Positions 60,380 to 64,000 of a DNA stretch of 64,000 nucleotides are shown here, piece by piece. The position numbers were made by a program, and so were the translations under genes. Origin of the DNA: an uncultured virus (IMG/VR IMGVR_UViG_3300010885_043927) (lineage: Duplodnaviria > Heunggongvirae > Uroviricota > Caudoviricetes). The notes below the pieces were generated by a model. The model was not told the origin of the DNA and did not search any database. It worked only from the letters and a program-made list of their open reading frames with translations. The stretch lies in the IMG/VR virus record IMGVR_UViG_3300010885_043927. The stretch is one strand, 5' to 3'. Positions within the stretch are counted from its first letter, which is position 1. Each line of letters starts with the position of its first letter.

Positions 60380-60761
60380 TTCTATATTAAATGTAGATAG
60401 TACTAAGGTAGTTATAAATAAAAAACGAATTCCTAGAAAGGAGCTGTTTACAGCTATAGTTACTAATATAGAAAAAGTTGCTAATAGGTCTAATTTAGCA
60501 TTTTTAGATCTTAACCTAGACCTGTCTACATTCGAAGATGCATATTACGCTATCATAGACGGTTTAATACTAATGCACTTTGGGTACAAATGTGGAGAGA
60601 TAATTTCGTTCTATATAAATGAAAGAACTGTTGACGAAGAAGTAACAGGATGTAAATTTGAGGACGCTGACGGAAATACTATTGAACTTAAAAACGCAGA
60701 AGACCTCTGGAATTATTTAATTTTCCTTAACCCTAAACTATTAGATGAAGAAGAAAGGTAG
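60342..60761 (+). CDS. Hypothetical protein
   Basis: 139 aa ORF overlapping both neighbours. Confidence 0.65.
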   Translation: MTRLQDPIKETVDSILNVDSTKVVINKKRIPRKELFTAIVTNIEKVANRSNLAFLDLNLDLSTFEDAYYAIIDGLILMHFGYKCGEIISFYINERTVDEEVTGCKFEDADGNTIELKNAEDLWNYLIFLNPKLLDEEER

Positions 60762-61392
60762 GACAGCAGCTAATCTAACAGAGCAGCAAATTAAATATGC
60801 TATGGGTCGTACTTTGAGTAATAGAGCGGCAGCAAGAGTATTAAATGTTGGGTACTATACTTATAGGCATTATGCTCGTTTATACTTCGATGTTAAAGAA
60901 GGTAAAACTCTTTTCGAAGTACATAAAAATGCTTCAGGGAAAGGAATAAAGAAATTTTTTGAAGATAGTAGAGAGCCGAAATTGACAGACCTATTAAAAG
61001 AAGGTATGTATCTAGAATCTTACAGCATAGATAAGCTTAAGGCTAGGTTAATTTACGAAGGAATAGTTGAATGTAAATGCAATAGATGCGGCTTTAACGA
61101 AACAAGAGTTCTAGATCATAAAGCTCCTTTGTTATTAAATTACAGAGATGGTAACAAGACTAACTGGACTTTAGATAATTTAGAGTTTTTATGTTATAAT
61201 TGTTATTTCTTGTTCATAGGGGATTTTTTATCGAAGAAACAAGAGAAGAGTATAGAAGACTTTGGGGCTCCTTCTTTAAGAGTACAGGAGCAAGAATGGG
61301 AGTTAGACGATTATTACCTAGAACATTTTAGAAGTCTGGGATTAGTTGACAGAGAAAAAGAAGAAGGATCAGAATTTATAAGCAAATTTTAA
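60745..61392 (+). CDS. HTH plus degenerate HNH zinc-finger protein
   Basis: SNRAAARVLNV; CNRCG; NYRDGNKTN..LDNLEFLCYNC. Confidence 0.65.
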   Translation: MKKKGRTAANLTEQQIKYAMGRTLSNRAAARVLNVGYYTYRHYARLYFDVKEGKTLFEVHKNASGKGIKKFFEDSREPKLTDLLKEGMYLESYSIDKLKARLIYEGIVECKCNRCGFNETRVLDHKAPLLLNYRDGNKTNWTLDNLEFLCYNCYFLFIGDFLSKKQEKSIEDFGAPSLRVQEQEWELDDYYLEHFRSLGLVDREKEEGSEFISKF

Positions 61393-61692
61393 ATGGTATT
61401 TCAAGCATATTCTTTTGATGACTTTAAAGATAGAATAAGTAATGGTGAAACAGTAATATGTAACTACATGCTTAAAGCTATTAGGAAAGGTTTATTAAAG
61501 AATTATAAAAGAGTAAAAGTATTTGCTTTTTAAGTAAATGATCAACCTGGAGTAAGATTTGATTTCTTTTTAGATAAAGAGCAGTGGTCTTTTACTTTAG
61601 AGGGAATTTTAGATGCATATACTAGAGACGAGTTATATGAACAATGTAAGGAGGTATATGATTTAATACATCAAGAAAAAAATAGAATTTAG
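61393..61692 (+). CDS. Hypothetical protein similar to 60011-60379; TAA at 61531
   Basis: Frame open on both sides of the stop; W..TL......DELYEQC.EV. Confidence 0.6.
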
Positions 61693-61693
61693 T

Positions 61694-61723
61694 TTGCTTT
61701 TTAAATTTATTATAATACCTTTA
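61694..61723 (+). promoter_or_regulatory. Bacteroidota sigma-A-like promoter
   Basis: TTG-N19-TACCTTTA. Confidence 0.55.
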
Positions 61724-61747
61724 CATCACACTTAAAAATAAATGGTT

Positions 61748-61873
61748 ATGAAAAATTTAAAATTGAATGAAACACTCACATACATTTTCGATATTTATAT
61801 CGGATGGTTCTTTGTAAACGGTCGCAAACAACAAGCTTATTGGGAATCAATGAAGCAAAAATATTCTAAATGA
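61748..61873 (+). CDS. Small hypothetical protein (41 aa)
   Basis: Contains GWFFVNGRK; ATGA overlap with the next gene. Confidence 0.55.
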   Translation: MKNLKLNETLTYIFDIYIGWFFVNGRKQQAYWESMKQKYSK

Positions 61874-62499
61874 ATTTAATTGTCTCTCTTACTTTTTTAA
61901 TTTTACAGTATGTACAGCTTAATGACGTAGTAGTTCTACCACATAAAGCATATACTATTCATTATAGTAAAAGCAAGAACTATCCTGTTAAGGTAGAATG
62001 GTGGCTTACTAAAGAAATGTTAAGCTGTGTAAAAAAAGTACCGAGAACTGATAAATTTATCCAAGACCCATTATTTGTAACCGGAACTAATCTTCAAGAT
62101 AGCTATACAGGTTCAGGATTCGATAGGGGTCATAATTATAATGCTGCTGATGCTGCTTGCGACCCTGTTAGTATGAGAGAGAGTTTCTACTTTTCGAATA
62201 TGACTGCTCAGTATCCGTCTCTTAACAGAGGTGATTGGAAATCTTTAGAAGAGTATACCCGTAATTTAGCATTAGAGAAAGACTCCATAAGAGTTATATG
62301 CGGCTCTTCTGGTGAGCTTAAGAAGATAGGAACTGTTTCTGTCCCTATTTCTTGCTGGAAAATTATTTATATTAAAAAAGAGAAAAGAGTTATAGCGTTT
62401 ATTTTTTCAAATAATCAGTCTAGACCAGATGGTTTCGAAAATAATAAAGTGCCTGTAGAGGCAGTAAAAGCATTAGCTGAAATAAGAATAGATATATAG
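61870..62499 (+). CDS. DNA/RNA non-specific endonuclease (NucA family)
   Basis: YTGSGFDRGH, SNMTAQ..SLNRG.W..LE. Confidence 0.92.
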   Translation: MNLIVSLTFLILQYVQLNDVVVLPHKAYTIHYSKSKNYPVKVEWWLTKEMLSCVKKVPRTDKFIQDPLFVTGTNLQDSYTGSGFDRGHNYNAADAACDPVSMRESFYFSNMTAQYPSLNRGDWKSLEEYTRNLALEKDSIRVICGSSGELKKIGTVSVPISCWKIIYIKKEKRVIAFIFSNNQSRPDGFENNKVPVEAVKALAEIRIDI

Positions 62500-62551
62500 T
62501 TTGTTTTAAAAAATTATAAAGTTAAATTAAGGTTATAAAATATAAAAGGTT

Positions 62552-62953
62552 ATGTTATCAAGATATAAAAAAAGATTAGCAGTTTGGTATTCACGATCAT
62601 TAACACCGCTAGTTACCAGCGACAAATACTCTGCTGATAAAATATTAATCAGTACCGCATCTTCAATATTCAGAATAGCAGTTAAAGATCCTTCTGCTAA
62701 GTTACTATATTCACCCATAGAAAGTAAACGAATTATTAAGCTAGAAAACAAGGGCATGTTTATCGTCTTATCTAGTTATGTTATAGAAATAACAAATCAT
62801 AATTTTAGTTATCATTTAGAATTAGGTCAAGTTATGGTTAAGCTACATAAAATGTTTGACACCAAGCTTAGAGAACTAGTAGACAGTGAAGAAGCTCAGT
62901 TCAAGGATCAGAGAAGTGTTGGACTTTTATCGGTTTTAGATATATTAAAATAA
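62552..62953 (+). CDS. Hypothetical protein
   Basis: 133 aa ORF. Confidence 0.65.
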   Translation: MLSRYKKRLAVWYSRSLTPLVTSDKYSADKILISTASSIFRIAVKDPSAKLLYSPIESKRIIKLENKGMFIVLSSYVIEITNHNFSYHLELGQVMVKLHKMFDTKLRELVDSEEAQFKDQRSVGLLSVLDILK

Positions 62954-62989
62954 ACAGCAATTGGTAATTAATTTAACTTTCTAATTAGT

Positions 62990-63415
62990 ATGAAAACTTT
63001 AATAAATAAGATAAAATTAGTAATAGGTAAATTATTATTCAAAAACAGCATTATAGCAAATTCATCTATAAGCAGTATAGAACCTATAAAATCAGAACAG
63101 CAATTAGTTACTAGCATTATGAATAATTTTAATTTTAATAAGGTTCATAAAGCTATGACTGCTTTAAAATGGAAATGGGCAACAACAAACGGTTCTGAAA
63201 TACCAACTGTAGTTGAATTGAGACGTAAGGCTAAAAAAGAACTCCTTACTGCAATTACATACGCTAAGTCTAAAAAACATAACAATACAGAAGATATACC
63301 TCTTGTACTAGAATCGGGAGGTTTTAAAGTAATTGCATTTGTTAATAAAGAGTATACTAAAATTGAGATTTTAGAGCTTCAATTTATAGTAGAAAAATGG
63401 TACGAAGAAAATTAA
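62990..63415 (+). CDS. Hypothetical phage protein
   Basis: FNFNKVHKAM..L.WKW...SGGF. Confidence 0.7.
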   Translation: MKTLINKIKLVIGKLLFKNSIIANSSISSIEPIKSEQQLVTSIMNNFNFNKVHKAMTALKWKWATTNGSEIPTVVELRRKAKKELLTAITYAKSKKHNNTEDIPLVLESGGFKVIAFVNKEYTKIEILELQFIVEKWYEEN

Positions 63416-63427
63416 TTAAATTATAAT

Positions 63428-63784
63428 ATGAAACTAATAATCGCTATTATCACAGTAGTTACTTTATTATCAGCAGTTTTGTGGACGGCTACTTATAGAA
63501 AAGTTAGTCCGGAATCTATGCCGGCGTCTCCAGTATGTAAAGATGATTCGTTACAAAATGTGATAGACTCATTAACTACCGAACACGAAATACAAAGAGA
63601 AGGATGGGAAAATAAAGAAAAACGATATGAAAGTATTATATTTCATTATCAGTATGGGTTAGGCTACATTAAGGATTATGACCCAGCTACATATAAGAAA
63701 ATAGTTAGAATAGCTATGTTAAGAGAAGATTTTAGTTATGATGTAGAAAAAGATTTCAAAGAGCAAGTTAGACTAGATAGATAA
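63428..63784 (+). CDS. Hypothetical protein with N-terminal TM/signal
   Basis: 118 aa ORF. Confidence 0.65.
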   Translation: MKLIIAIITVVTLLSAVLWTATYRKVSPESMPASPVCKDDSLQNVIDSLTTEHEIQREGWENKEKRYESIIFHYQYGLGYIKDYDPATYKKIVRIAMLREDFSYDVEKDFKEQVRLDR

Positions 63785-63785
63785 T

Positions 63786-64000
63786 ATGGCAACAGCAACT
63801 CTAACGTTCGATTTAAACGACCCAGAAGATAAACAAGCACATTTAAGAGCTATCATGTCATTGGATTTAGTACTAATGATGTGGAAATATGACCAGCATT
63901 TACGATCGGAATATAAACATGGCGGTAATGAAGGAGCATATGAGTACAGAGAGAAATTTATTCAAATGATGAATGAATATAATATCGATTTAGACAAATT
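63786..64000 (+). CDS. Hypothetical protein running off the window end
   Basis: MATATLTFDLNDPED... open to the end. Confidence 0.65.
   Translation, partial: MATATLTFDLNDPEDKQAHLRAIMSLDLVLMMWKYDQHLRSEYKHGGNEGAYEYREKFIQMMNEYNIDLDK

Noticed and set aside
14305..61533. Stop-codon reassignment (alternative genetic code) suggested by nine in-frame stops
   Set aside because: TAA and TAG both end many genes normally, the implied residues differ (Ser, Glu, Trp), and frameshifts occur just as often.
4500..62757. Minus-strand ORFs in the track
   Set aside because: Nearly all are shadows of well-supported plus-strand genes; none shows a recognisable motif.

Overview
This is 64 kb of an AT-rich large myovirus genome, with all credible genes on the + strand. 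The host is inferred to be Bacteroidota, from a DUF4494-like gene, scarce Shine-Dalgarno sites and TTG-N19/20-TAnnTTTA promoters. Gene order: contractile tail module (0-13.8 kb); replication and recombination genes with class I RNR (13.9-24.3 kb); a 7-deazaguanine DNA-modification cluster (queC, TGT/DpdA-like, queF, PurN-like, kinase, queD, queE, PRTase, folE) followed by polA and groES/EL (24.4-36.9 kb); a structured-RNA/tRNA island (37.8-38.6 kb); a 10-gene cell-envelope operon with CsgG-like, cohesin/dockerin-like, T9SS-CTD-like and beta-barrel proteins (40.4-46.9 kb); a glycosyl/methyltransferase cluster (48.3-59.7 kb); then small accessory genes. About 9 in-frame stops and 9 small deletions break otherwise intact genes. 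I read these as sequence errors, possibly caused by modified G, and rejoined the ORFs. Best candidates for novelty: a preQ1-I-riboswitch-like element abutting the folE start, a possible nucleotide-level route to G replacement, the envelope operon, and a tRNA-Asp-like RNA with an 89-nt variable arm. All calls come from reading motifs by eye. No database search or folding program was run.
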